From: an uncultured Actinomycetes bacterium
GTDB lineage: Bacteria; Actinomycetota; Acidimicrobiia; Acidimicrobiales; RAAP-2
Reading direction: 5' to 3'
Length of the DNA stretch: 64,000 nucleotides
NCBI GenBank assembly: GCA_903873775.1
Contig: CAIQPR010000017.1
Coordinates: 69,719 to 133,718, forward strand
Shown piece by piece: positions 1 to 9,266 of the stretch. The notes beneath the pieces are model-generated. The model saw nothing but the letters and a program-made list of their open reading frames with translations. It was not told where the DNA came from and did not search any database. Each line of letters begins with the position of its first letter. The stretch's first letter is position 1. A program made the translations under genes and the position numbers.

Positions 1-1130
1 TGGCGGAGCACTGCGGGACGAGGGCGGTGCGTCACGATGTCGACGTCGATCTCCGGGTCCACGTCCACCGTGCCCACCGTCGGGGGAATGACTTGACGGT
101 GTAGGGAGAGGACGCTCACTACGGCTTCCAGCGCACCTGCGGCGGCCAGTGAGTGTCCGAGAAATCCCTTGACGGAGGTGACGGGCACGCGTCGTGAACC
201 GAACACCTCTCCGATTGCTCGTGACTCCGCGAGGTCGTTGAGCGGCGTCGACGTTCCGTGGGCATTGATGTGGTCAATGTCATCCGGCGCGAGCCCCGCA
301 TCGGCCAAGGCGGCCGACATGCAGCGAATGGCTCCGCGACCATCAGGATCCGGCGCGGTGATGTGATGCGCATCAGCCGTTGATGCCGCGCCGGTGACCT
401 CGGCGTAGATGGTGGCCCCGCGGGCGAGGGCGTGCTCGCGCTCCTCGAGGACGAGGATGCCGGCACCTTCGCCCATGACGAAGCCATCGCGCTCGACGTC
501 GAACGGCCGCGATACGCCGGACTTGCTCAGAGCGGTCATATTGGCAAATCCAGCTTCCGCAATCGGTACCATCACCGCTTCGGCGCCCCCCACGACCGCG
601 ACGCTCACGCGCCCACTCGCGACGAGCCGGGCTCCGTAGCCCACCGCGTGCGTGCCGGCGGCGCAGGCCGTGGTGATCGTTTCACAGGGTCCTTGGAGTC
701 CCCATCTCATGGAGACCGCCGCGGCGGCGGCGTTCGGCATCATCATCGGCACCATGAAGGGCGAGACGCGGGAGGCACCTCTGTCGCGAAGCACCTCCGT
801 CTGAACGAGAATTGTCTGAAGACCACCGATGCCCGTCGACACAATGGTCGCCGCATCCTCGTAGGGTGCCTCCAGTCCGCTCTGGCGCCAGGCTTCGTCG
901 GCGGCGAGCAGGGCGAAGAGGGTGAAGGGATCAAACCGGCGTAACTCTTTGGGTCCACCGAGATGTGCGACGTCGATCTCGGGGACGCGGCGCGAGGTGG
1001 GTGCTTCTCCTGCTTCTAAAGCAGCCCAGAGAGCGTCGGCACCGGCGCCCGCGCACGACGTGGCACCGAGGCCGGTGACCACCACCCGCGCTCCGGGGAC
1101 GGGACCAGAGGGGAGAACGCCGAGTCGCAC
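1..1130 (-). CDS. fabF: 3-oxoacyl-ACP synthase II (partial, runs off left edge)
   Basis: Translated by hand from GTG at 1130 (not in ORF track): RVVVTGLGA..., catalytic TACAAG (Cys), NAHGTST (His), GHSLAAAG (His). Starts directly after the acpP stop. Confidence 0.95.
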   Translation of the reverse strand, partial: MRLGVLPSGPVPGARVVVTGLGATSCAGAGADALWAALEAGEAPTSRRVPEIDVAHLGGPKELRRFDPFTLFALLAADEAWRQSGLEAPYEDAATIVSTGIGGLQTILVQTEVLRDRGASRVSPFMVPMMMPNAAAAAVSMRWGLQGPCETITTACAAGTHAVGYGARLVASGRVSVAVVGGAEAVMVPIAEAGFANMTALSKSGVSRPFDVERDGFVMGEGAGILVLEEREHALARGATIYAEVTGAASTADAHHITAPDPDGRGAIRCMSAALADAGLAPDDIDHINAHGTSTPLNDLAESRAIGEVFGSRRVPVTSVKGFLGHSLAAAGALEAVVSVLSLHRQVIPPTVGTVDVDPEIDVDIVTHRPRPAVLR

Positions 1131-1370
1131 TTAGAGCTTGGCGTAGATGAGTTCGAAAGCCTGACCCACGGTGCGGATGTCTTTGAGTTCATCCTCGTCG
1201 ACTTCAATGTCGAAGGTTTCTTCGAGGGCCATCACTAATTCGACCAAGTCCAGACTGTCGGCGCCGAGGTCGTCACCAAACGTGGCGTCGGGAGTGAGCT
1301 GGTCGACCGAGACTGCGAGCACTTCGACTGCGTTGTCATTGAACTTGCTCAGGGCTTCGTCGCGTGTCAT
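1131..1370 (-). CDS. acpP: acyl carrier protein
   Basis: 79 aa, acidic, DLGADSLD phosphopantetheine site, SD AAAGGA upstream. Confidence 0.97.
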   Translation of the reverse strand: MTRDEALSKFNDNAVEVLAVSVDQLTPDATFGDDLGADSLDLVELVMALEETFDIEVDEDELKDIRTVGQAFELIYAKL

Positions 1371-1424
1371 GTTGTGATCCTTTCGTTGGACAGATCGTAC
1401 CTGTGCGTCTGCGCAGCGTTCGTT

Positions 1425-2141
1425 CTACAAACCCATCGCGAGGCCGCCGTCGACAGGAAGTACGGCACCCGTGATGTATCGAGCCTCGTCGGACGCGAGA
1501 AATCCCACCACGCCCGCCACATCGTTGGGGCTACCGATTCGCCCGAGAGGAATGGTGGAGGTGATGGCATCACCCAGCGCCAGGCCCGAGGTCATGTCGG
1601 TGTCGATGAAACCAGGGGCGACCACATTGACGGTTACCGACCGACTGGACACCTCCCTCGCGAGAGATCGGGCGAGGCCCACCACACCGGCTTTCGAGGC
1701 CGCATAATTCGCCTGACCCGTGACACCCAGAAAGGGGCTGACGGAACCCACGAAAATGAGCGATCCGCGACGCGCTCGAATCATCGAGGCGAGTGCGGCA
1801 CGTGCCGTGAAGAATGCGCCGTCCAAGTTGATCGAGAGCACGTTGCGCCACTGTTCATCCGACATGCGAAGAGTCAGGCCGTCATGGGTGACGCCGGCAT
1901 TAACAATCACGGCCTCCGGAGCGCCCCACGTCGTGGTCACATGCTTAAAGGCCTCCGTGACGGCATCGCTGTCACTGACGTCCACGGAAAGTCGCGCGAC
2001 GCACTTCTCGGGGCCTTCTCCCTGTCGAGACAATCCGATGACGGTGTCGCCGTGGGCGATGAACCACTCGGCACACGCTCGACCTATGCCGCGACTGGCT
2101 CCGGTGACCACGATGACTCGAGGCGTCGTCACGGGGTCCAA
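1425..2141 (-). CDS. fabG: 3-oxoacyl-ACP reductase
   Basis: SDR motifs TGASRGIG, NAG, YAASK; located in the fab cluster. Start may be GTG at 2132. Confidence 0.93.
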   Translation of the reverse strand: MDPVTTPRVIVVTGASRGIGRACAEWFIAHGDTVIGLSRQGEGPEKCVARLSVDVSDSDAVTEAFKHVTTTWGAPEAVIVNAGVTHDGLTLRMSDEQWRNVLSINLDGAFFTARAALASMIRARRGSLIFVGSVSPFLGVTGQANYAASKAGVVGLARSLAREVSSRSVTVNVVAPGFIDTDMTSGLALGDAITSTIPLGRIGSPNDVAGVVGFLASDEARYITGAVLPVDGGLAMGL

Positions 2142-3037
2142 CTCTCGGGCGCGTTCAGAGGCGTCAACAATGCGAAGTCTCGGATGCGTTTGATGAGACC
2201 TACGAGGGTGCCGGCGGGCGGCATCTCAATCACGGTGTCGACGTCGACAGGAACTGATGCGATGACACCCTCGAAATCGACGGGGGATGTCATCTGCTCA
2301 CGGAGTCGCGCACGCCAGTGATCGCCGCCGTCGTGGAAGTGTGCGTCCACATTGCTCGCGACACGCCCCGAACCCTCAAGGAATTGGGTCTTTTCGAGGG
2401 CGTCATTGAGCTCGACCTGCGCGGGAACCATCAGTGGTGAGTGGAATGCTCCGCCCACGTTCAATCGAGTAGCGCGGCGCCAACCCAACTCGCGATATCG
2501 CTCCGCGACGTCGTCCATTGCGGCGGGCGGGCCACTCACGACGATCTGTCCCGGACCATTGCGATTGGCGACGTACACACCGGCGCACTGAGCCACCGCA
2601 TCTTCGGCTCCCTCAGACGGTCCCATCAGCGCGATCATGGTCCCGGGGTTCTGATCGGCCGCGTCGCGCATGGCACGGCCGCGCGCCGCGACGAGAGCTG
2701 CCCCGTCGGCCAAGGTGAGCACGTCGGCGGCGACGAGGGCTGATATCTCGCCGAGACTGTGCCCCGCGAAATAGGCCGGAGATGGGTGGTGTTCGCGAAA
2801 ATGACGCCATCCGACCATGGACAGGGCAAACGTTGCGATCTGCGCATTATCGGTGCGCACGAGATCTTCTGCGGGTGCCGACACGAGAAGTGCGGACACG
2901 TCGATGTGGGTGGTGTCGCTGATCTCGTGGACAACAGACCATGCGGCGGCATCGGTCCAGGGTTGTCCTGCGTGCGTCCCGAGTGAACCTTGTCCTGGGA
3001 ACACCACGAGGGTGCGAGAAGGCTCGATAGAACTCAT
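2129..3037 (-). CDS. fabD: malonyl-CoA:ACP transacylase
   Basis: VFPGQGS, GHSLGE, GAFHS motifs. Start moved to ATG 3037 (SD GAGAAGG) because the longer ORF-track start runs through the tRNA. Confidence 0.93.
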   Translation of the reverse strand: MSSIEPSRTLVVFPGQGSLGTHAGQPWTDAAAWSVVHEISDTTHIDVSALLVSAPAEDLVRTDNAQIATFALSMVGWRHFREHHPSPAYFAGHSLGEISALVAADVLTLADGAALVAARGRAMRDAADQNPGTMIALMGPSEGAEDAVAQCAGVYVANRNGPGQIVVSGPPAAMDDVAERYRELGWRRATRLNVGGAFHSPLMVPAQVELNDALEKTQFLEGSGRVASNVDAHFHDGGDHWRARLREQMTSPVDFEGVIASVPVDVDTVIEMPPAGTLVGLIKRIRDFALLTPLNAPESWTP

Positions 3038-3056
3038 CCTTCTCAAAATAACAGCG

Positions 3057-3139
3057 TGCCCGAAGTGGGACTCGAACCCACACACCCTTGCGAGTAGAGG
3101 CTTTTGAGGCCTCCGCGTCTGCCATTCCGCCATTCGGGC
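3057..3139 (-). tRNA. tRNA-Leu(CAA), CCA not encoded
   Basis: Acceptor stem GCCCGAA/TTCGGGC, anticodon arm GAGGC-CT-CAA-AA-GCCTC, long variable arm, GGTTCGAGTCC T-arm. Confidence 0.97.
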
Positions 3140-3178
3140 TGCGGAGAAACGGTAGCAGCCACGGTAGGGTCACTTGGC

Positions 3179-4231
3179 GTGAGGCTCACCGCGTGGCGTT
3201 CGGAGATCCGCTTGAGCACCGAAATCTCCGCTGCGACGTACACCCATACACAACCGGGACGGATATTTCTCGAGATGGAGCACCGCGGAGTGTGCGGGTG
3301 GGGGGAAGTGTCGCCGCTGCGGGAGACGGTCGGGTTTGACCCGTCCGCTGACGACGTGTGGCGCGAGTTGATCGACGTGACGATGCCCCGATTTGTAGAT
3401 CTCGTCGAGCGTGAGGGCCGTGCGCCGGAGTGGAGCCGGATTGCGCATCTGGCGGCGCCCCGTTCGACGAGTGCGTGGTCGTGGGCACTGCTCGAGATGG
3501 CACTTTTGGACCAGTATTTGCGCCAAGAACGACAATCCCTCTGCGACGTGTGGGGCGTGCGTGCGGAGTCCGTGCCCACAATCACCACAACGTCGCTCAT
3601 CGACGCCTCTGCCCCCTGGCAGCCTCCGACGCGAGCCGCACGGGTACGCGTGAAGATAAATGGCGACACTGATCTCAACGTGGCGTTGCCAACTTTGGCT
3701 GGCTGGCAGGTCCCGATCCTTCTTGACTACAACGGCGCGGCACGTGACGTCGCGGCTGTCGTGCGTCAATTGGCGCCCGTGTTCGAAGGTGTTGACGTTG
3801 CCGCGATCGAGCAGCCGTTTCCTCCGGGGGACTTCATTCGACCCGCCGAACTCAGTGCGCTGGTGCCGGTTCGGGTAAGCATGGATGAAGGAGTGCGGAA
3901 CATCGCAGATCTCCGGCAAATTTCTCGGTACCGCTCGGCGAGCTTGGTGTGCATCAAACCACCACGCGTGGGTGGCTTGGCGTGGAGTCGATCGATGCTG
4001 GCCCAGGCGGCGTCTCTCGGGCTTGCCGCCTACGTCGGCGGATTCTTCGAATCCCCCTTGGCCCGCCGCGCGCACGCCCTTGTCGCAGCAACCTTCGATG
4101 TCGAACCCTCCGACGTCGCCGCGGTGGCGACGCAGGCGCCCGAAGGGGTTGAAGAGGAGTGGGGAATTGGCCGGCGCCCCGCTCCCGCTGTCGCCGGGGC
4201 GCCGACGGCGACGTGGACGGTCGCCATCTAG
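3179..4231 (+). CDS. enolase-superfamily protein, o-succinylbenzoate synthase / N-acylamino acid racemase-like
   Basis: GWGE N-domain motif, RVRVKI, LDYNG, IEQP, MDE, CIKP metal/catalytic motifs. Start set to GTG 3179 to avoid overlap with the tRNA. Confidence 0.75.
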   Translation: MRLTAWRSEIRLSTEISAATYTHTQPGRIFLEMEHRGVCGWGEVSPLRETVGFDPSADDVWRELIDVTMPRFVDLVEREGRAPEWSRIAHLAAPRSTSAWSWALLEMALLDQYLRQERQSLCDVWGVRAESVPTITTTSLIDASAPWQPPTRAARVRVKINGDTDLNVALPTLAGWQVPILLDYNGAARDVAAVVRQLAPVFEGVDVAAIEQPFPPGDFIRPAELSALVPVRVSMDEGVRNIADLRQISRYRSASLVCIKPPRVGGLAWSRSMLAQAASLGLAAYVGGFFESPLARRAHALVAATFDVEPSDVAAVATQAPEGVEEEWGIGRRPAPAVAGAPTATWTVAI

Positions 4232-4234
4232 AAT
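4229..4234 (+). promoter_or_regulatory. putative -10 element (TAGAAT), leaderless start at 4241
   Basis: TANNNT, then exactly 6 nt, then ATG; overlaps the upstream stop codon. Confidence 0.6.
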
Positions 4235-4240
4235 TTCGGG

Positions 4241-4537
4241 ATGAGTGGGCTGCGAGTCGAGCGTCGGTTGCGCGACGTACAGCGGCGGCTGAGCGCTGCT
4301 CGAGAGTCTCTCCGCATCCTCGTCGAACAACTAGACGTATGGACCGAGGACTATGAGGACGCCCGCCTGAGGTCTCTTATGTCGGAGACACCGCAGAGTG
4401 AGCATGAATTCGGCGAAATTCGTCGTCATTACGATCTGGCGGTGCGCGAGCGTCAACGTCTAGAGCACGAAATCGCCTCTCTCGTCACAGAACGTGACGA
4501 ATTGCTGCGAGAATGGACCCCCAAGGAGGTGTCGTGA
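4241..4537 (+). CDS. hypothetical coiled-coil protein (98 aa)
   Basis: Heptad-like, charged and helical; GTGA overlap with the next gene. Confidence 0.75.
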   Translation: MSGLRVERRLRDVQRRLSAARESLRILVEQLDVWTEDYEDARLRSLMSETPQSEHEFGEIRRHYDLAVRERQRLEHEIASLVTERDELLREWTPKEVS

Positions 4538-5106
4538 GCGCGACTGTTTTTATTGCTGACGATGAATCAATTATTCGTCTCGACCTCAAGGAGATCCTGG
4601 AGAGCGCGGGTTACGACGTGGTCGGCGAGGCTGCTCGCGGTGATGACGCCCTCGAAATGATTCGTGCATTGCAGCCCGATCTCGCATTGCTGGACATCAA
4701 GATGCCCGGCTTGGACGGTATTGAGGTTGCGAACAAAGTCCAAGATCTGCGAACGACCGTGGTTCTCCTGACCGCCTTTAGCCAGCGCGATCTGATCGAG
4801 TCAGCGCGCGACGCCGGCGTTGTGGCCTATCTGGTGAAGCCCTTTCGATCAGCGGAGTTGCTGCCCAAACTGGCCGCTCTGCTCAACCAGAATGAAACCG
4901 TCGTCGCCGACGTCGTTGACTCACGGCACGTCGACGACAAGATCGAGACTCGTGACCTCGTGCAGAAGGCGAAGGAGCGCTTGATGGGGGATCGTGGGAT
5001 TGACGAGCCGGCCGCCTTTGAGTTGATTCAGCAAACAGCGATGCGCTCGCGCAGCCGTATGCGAGATGTGGCTCAAAGGATTCTGAGAGGCGAATCGCTT
5101 GACTAA
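4534..5106 (+). CDS. pdtaR: ANTAR-domain response regulator (PdtaR-like)
   Basis: Receiver domain (ADDE, LDIKMP, LTA, YLVKP) plus C-terminal ANTAR (VQKAKERLM...AFELIQQTAMRSR). SD AAGGAGG before GTG 4534; sits upstream of polA as in Actinomycetota. Confidence 0.9.
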   Translation: MSATVFIADDESIIRLDLKEILESAGYDVVGEAARGDDALEMIRALQPDLALLDIKMPGLDGIEVANKVQDLRTTVVLLTAFSQRDLIESARDAGVVAYLVKPFRSAELLPKLAALLNQNETVVADVVDSRHVDDKIETRDLVQKAKERLMGDRGIDEPAAFELIQQTAMRSRSRMRDVAQRILRGESLD

Positions 5107-7723
5107 CGACGCCCCATCGGGGCCGCTTCTGCTCCTCGATGGCATGTCCCTGGCCTTCCGCGCGTATTTCGCACTGTCGACCGACATCGTGACCAGTTCG
5201 GGGTTGACCACCAATGCCCTTCACGGCTTCGCGTCAATGGTGGCGTCGATGATCAAGACGCACGAACCTCGCGCGCTCGTGGTGGCGTTCGACGTGCCCG
5301 GAGGAACGTTTCGGGATGCGATGACTCCCGACTACAAGGGTGGCCGTGCGGAAACGCCGGAGGACCTGCCGCCGCAGTTCGACTTGATCCGAGAGTTTTG
5401 TGCCGCACTGGCCATTCCGGTTCTCGGGGTTGAAGGATTCGAAGCCGACGACGTCCTCGCCACGTTGGCCACGTGGGGTAAGGAACGAGAGATTCCCACG
5501 ATTGTCGTCACGGGCGACCGAGACTCGTTTCAACTCGTCGAGGATCCGTACATTCGGGTGCTGTACAACCGACGCGGCGTCAGCGACTACTCGTTGTACG
5601 ACGAGGCAGGCATTGTGGAGCGATGCGGGGTCGAACCGCAGAGATACCAGCTTCTCGCCGCGTTGCGCGGAGACCCGTCGGACAATTTGCCGGGAGTTCC
5701 CGGCGTCGGGGAGAAGACCGCAGCGAAGTTGCTCGCAACGTACGCCGATTTTGATGAGCTGTACGAACATCTGTCGGACCTGACGCCCAAATTGCGGGAG
5801 AACTTAGCCGCCAACGAAGCGCTCGCGAGAAACAATGAGCTTGTCATGACGCTGCGCCGTGACGTTCCGCTGGATTTTGATCCTGCGTCGGTGCATCTGG
5901 GCGGGTGGCGTCGCAGCGATCTATTGGCCTTCTTTGATCGTTACGAGATGAACCAAATGCGCGGTCGCTTCGAGCGATTGCTGAAGGACGGCCTCCTCGG
6001 CGCGCCCGCCGACGCGGGGGACGACGAAGGATCACCAACATCCACGTCGGCTCGCACGCCCACCGTGAACGCACTGCGACCTGTGGCAGCTTTCTCTGAA
6101 CTGATGACGGAACAGGGCGTCACGGTGGCTTTCACGTCATCGCGAATCGCGGCGAGTGACGGGGCGAATGTGTGGATCGGAGATCTCGGAGATTTCTGGC
6201 CCGTGGCTGCGCAGGGTCTCATTTTGCGGGGGTATGACCTCAAGCCGTTATACCGTGCAGCTCCGAACGAAGCCCTGGGTCTCGCAGATCCGAGCGATGA
6301 CGGCGTGATCATGGCGTTTCTCTTGGACGCGGTGAGTGGCGATTACTCGCTCGCGACGTCGGTCCGTCGGTACCTAGACGAGGATCTGACGGAGTCTCCG
6401 CAGACGCTCTTTGACGAATCCGATGACGACGCGTTAATCACTCGTGTTGGCGTCGTCCTGCGGCTGAACGATGCGCTCGCTCGCGACATCGAGCGCAATG
6501 AACTCACGTTTGTCTACCGGGAGATTGAGCTTCCATTGGTGGCCGTGCTGGGCCGCATGGAGTCTCGCGGCATCTACGTCGACAGAGACCTGCTGACCGA
6601 TATTGCGCAAGGATTCGCGACAGATGTCGCGGCACTCGATCGACAGATTCAAGAGGTTGCCGGGCATGACTTCAAAGTGAACTCACCTCAGCAGCTGCAG
6701 AAAGTGCTCTTTGAGGAACTGGGGCTTACCCCGACGAAGAAGATCAAGTCCGGCTTTTCCACTGATGCCACGAGCCTCGAAGCGATTAGCGAAGAACACG
6801 TGATCGTTCCTCTCATTCTGCGTTTTAGGGAACTTGACAAGCTGCGTGGCACCTACGGTCAACCCCTCATTGACACCATCGGGCCGGACTCGCGCATCCA
6901 CGCCACCTTTCATCAGACGGTGGCGCGCACTGGTCGTCTGTCCTCGGATCACCCGAATCTTCACAACATTCCGGTTCGTGGCGCCGAAGGCAAGAAATTG
7001 CGTCACGCCTTTGGACCTACGCCGGGGTGGTCACTGTTGGTCGCTGACTACAACCAGATTGAACTTCGCGTCATCGCCCACCTCTCACAAGATCCTGGAC
7101 TGCTACGCGCCTTTGGCGATGAGGTCGATATCCACCGGAGTATCGCGTCGGTGGTCTTCCACGTGCCCGCCGAGGACGTGACGCATGAACAACGCGAAAT
7201 CGCCAAGGCCGTGTCCTACGGTCTCGCGTACGGCATGGAAGCCTTCGGACTGTCACAGCGTCTCGCCATCCCGGTGGGTGAGGCGAAGTCGATCATCGAT
7301 CAGTATTTCGCCGGATTTCCTGCTCTTCGTTCCTATATGGATGAGACCGTGCGGCAAATTCGCGTTCAGGGCTACTCACGAACGGAATTCGGACGCATTC
7401 GTCCGTTTCCGGACTTGGCCACTGCGACCGGGCCGCAGCGCCAAGCGGCGGAACGTCAGGCGATGAATGCGGGCATTCAGGGCTTGGCCGCCGACATCTT
7501 CAAGCTGTCTCTGGTTCGCCTTGACGAGATGTTGCGAAATGGGAATTTTCAGGCTCGTCTCGTCCTTCAGGTCCACGACGAGGTGCTCGTGGAGGCACCG
7601 GTCGACGAGAAGGACGCCGTCGAGGACGTGGTGAGAGAGGCACTCACGAAAGCGGCGTCCCTTTCCGTGCCGCTCGACGTATCCGTCCATTGGGGCGACA
7701 ACTGGGCCCTCGCGAAGGGCTAA
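5099..7723 (+). CDS. polA: DNA polymerase I
   Basis: 5'-3' exonuclease (LLDGMSLAFRAY, EADD) and family A polymerase motifs (ADYNQIELR, KAVSYGLAYG, QVHDE). Confidence 0.98.
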   Translation: MTNDAPSGPLLLLDGMSLAFRAYFALSTDIVTSSGLTTNALHGFASMVASMIKTHEPRALVVAFDVPGGTFRDAMTPDYKGGRAETPEDLPPQFDLIREFCAALAIPVLGVEGFEADDVLATLATWGKEREIPTIVVTGDRDSFQLVEDPYIRVLYNRRGVSDYSLYDEAGIVERCGVEPQRYQLLAALRGDPSDNLPGVPGVGEKTAAKLLATYADFDELYEHLSDLTPKLRENLAANEALARNNELVMTLRRDVPLDFDPASVHLGGWRRSDLLAFFDRYEMNQMRGRFERLLKDGLLGAPADAGDDEGSPTSTSARTPTVNALRPVAAFSELMTEQGVTVAFTSSRIAASDGANVWIGDLGDFWPVAAQGLILRGYDLKPLYRAAPNEALGLADPSDDGVIMAFLLDAVSGDYSLATSVRRYLDEDLTESPQTLFDESDDDALITRVGVVLRLNDALARDIERNELTFVYREIELPLVAVLGRMESRGIYVDRDLLTDIAQGFATDVAALDRQIQEVAGHDFKVNSPQQLQKVLFEELGLTPTKKIKSGFSTDATSLEAISEEHVIVPLILRFRELDKLRGTYGQPLIDTIGPDSRIHATFHQTVARTGRLSSDHPNLHNIPVRGAEGKKLRHAFGPTPGWSLLVADYNQIELRVIAHLSQDPGLLRAFGDEVDIHRSIASVVFHVPAEDVTHEQREIAKAVSYGLAYGMEAFGLSQRLAIPVGEAKSIIDQYFAGFPALRSYMDETVRQIRVQGYSRTEFGRIRPFPDLATATGPQRQAAERQAMNAGIQGLAADIFKLSLVRLDEMLRNGNFQARLVLQVHDEVLVEAPVDEKDAVEDVVREALTKAASLSVPLDVSVHWGDNWALAKG

Positions 7724-7733
7724 AAGGACGCCT

Positions 7734-7784
7734 GCTAGGGTTGTTTGTCGGGTTTGCACCGGAAACCCGACCCTATTGCCTAGC
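7734..7784 (+). other. extended inverted repeat / hairpin between polA and rpsA
   Basis: GTCGGGTTT (7747-7755) / AAACCCGAC (7763-7771) perfect 9-bp stem, nested inside GCTAGG (7734-7739) / CCTAGC (7779-7784). Confidence 0.55.
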
Positions 7785-7818
7785 TGGCCCCGGTGCGGTC
7801 GCGTTGTGAAGGAAATAC

Positions 7819-9186
7819 ATGTCGCAGTCATTGCTGTCCGACCAGCCGATGGGAACCTTCGATGCCGAAGGTAATTACATCCCCCGTGTCATCACCGAAG
7901 ACAACATGGTGGGTACGGACCTCGCCACTGTCGTGGGCGACTCAGTGCTGGAGTTTGAAGACGGCGACCTCGTCGTCGGAACCGTCGTCAAGATTGACCG
8001 AGACGAGGTTCTCCTCGACATCGGCTTTAAGTCAGAGGGTGTGATTCCCTCCAAGGAACTTTCGATTCGCAATGACGTCAATCCCGCCGACATCGTGTCG
8101 CTCGGTGAGAAGATCGAAGCCCTCGTGCTCGCGAAGGAAGACAAGGAAGGCCGTTTGGTCCTTTCGAAGAAGCGCGCGCAGTACGAGAAGGCGTGGGCCA
8201 ACATTGAAGAGCTCAAGGCCAAGGACGAAGTCGTCAAGGGCGTTGTCATCGAAGTCGTCAAGGGTGGACTCATCGTTGACATCGGTCTTCGAGGCTTCCT
8301 TCCCGCGTCGCTCGTCGAATTGCGACGCGTCCGCGAACTGCAGCCGTACATCGGCAAGACGGTGGAAGCGAAGATCATCGAGCTGGACCGCAACCGCAAC
8401 AATGTCGTTCTGTCCCGCCGCGCCTGGCTCGAGGAGACGCAGAAGGAACAGCGTGGCGATTTCCTCAACAACCTCAAGGCCGGCGAGCGTCGTCGCGGTG
8501 TGATTTCCTCCGTCGTGAACTTCGGTGCCTTCGTCGACCTCGGTGGCATGGATGGACTCATCCACGTGTCCGAGCTCAGCTGGAAGCACATCGATCACCC
8601 GTCGCAGGTGGTCACTGTGGGTGACGAAGTGGACGTCGAAGTGCTCGACGTGGACTTCTCCAAGGAGCGCATCAGCCTGTCGCTCAAGGCAACGCAGAGT
8701 GACCCGTGGCAGGAGTTTGCCGACACGCACAGTGTCGACCAGCTCGTGTACGGTCGCATCACCAAGATGGTGCCCTTCGGTGCCTTCGTCCAGGTCGGAG
8801 ACGGCATCGAGGGTCTCGTGCACATCTCCGAGATGGCTGCGCACCACGTGGAATCACCGGACCAGGTCGTCACGCCGGGCGAAGAGTTGTGGGTCAAGAT
8901 CATTGAACTCGACACCGCTCGTCGTCGCATCAGCCTCTCGATCAAGCAGGCCGCTGATGGTGGTGACGTTGCCGCTGAGTACCGTGAGGCCTTCGGATCA
9001 CACGCGTACGACGAAGAGGGCAACTACATCGGCACCTACGACTACAGCGAGTTCACGCCGGAGACCGAAGCGCAGGCGGCGTGGGCCGAATACGCGACGG
9101 AAGTGTCTGGCAAGACCGCTGAGGGTGATGACGCCGCGAGTGACGCTGACGTCACCACCGCGGTCGCGGAAGAAGTGGCCGAATAA
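7819..9186 (+). CDS. rpsA: 30S ribosomal protein S1
   Basis: Four S1 repeats (e.g. FGAFVDLGGMDGLIHVSELSW), SD GAAGGA, actinobacterial acidic tail. Confidence 0.98.
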   Translation: MSQSLLSDQPMGTFDAEGNYIPRVITEDNMVGTDLATVVGDSVLEFEDGDLVVGTVVKIDRDEVLLDIGFKSEGVIPSKELSIRNDVNPADIVSLGEKIEALVLAKEDKEGRLVLSKKRAQYEKAWANIEELKAKDEVVKGVVIEVVKGGLIVDIGLRGFLPASLVELRRVRELQPYIGKTVEAKIIELDRNRNNVVLSRRAWLEETQKEQRGDFLNNLKAGERRRGVISSVVNFGAFVDLGGMDGLIHVSELSWKHIDHPSQVVTVGDEVDVEVLDVDFSKERISLSLKATQSDPWQEFADTHSVDQLVYGRITKMVPFGAFVQVGDGIEGLVHISEMAAHHVESPDQVVTPGEELWVKIIELDTARRRISLSIKQAADGGDVAAEYREAFGSHAYDEEGNYIGTYDYSEFTPETEAQAAWAEYATEVSGKTAEGDDAASDADVTTAVAEEVAE

Positions 9187-9195
9187 CTTTCCCAA

Positions 9196-9246
9196 CGAAA
9201 AGACCCCCTCTCTACACCTCACAGGTGCGGGGAGGGGGTCTTTTCG
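9196..9246. terminator. bidirectional intrinsic terminator
   Basis: Perfect 15-bp inverted repeat CGAAAAGACCCCCTC / GAGGGGGTCTTTTCG with T-runs on both strands, between convergent genes. Confidence 0.85.
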
Positions 9247-9266
9247 CGTGCGGATGACAAACAGAA

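Noticed and set aside
1374-2321. 315-aa plus-strand ORF opposite fabG, and similar long antisense ORFs (3170-4330, 15366-16622, 33325-34227, 35666-36595)
   Set aside because: These are shadow frames of well-supported genes in GC-rich DNA, with no recognisable motifs or start signals.
6000-6500. Degenerate 3'-5' exonuclease region of PolA
   Set aside because: Loss of proofreading motifs is normal for actinobacterial and many other Pol I proteins.
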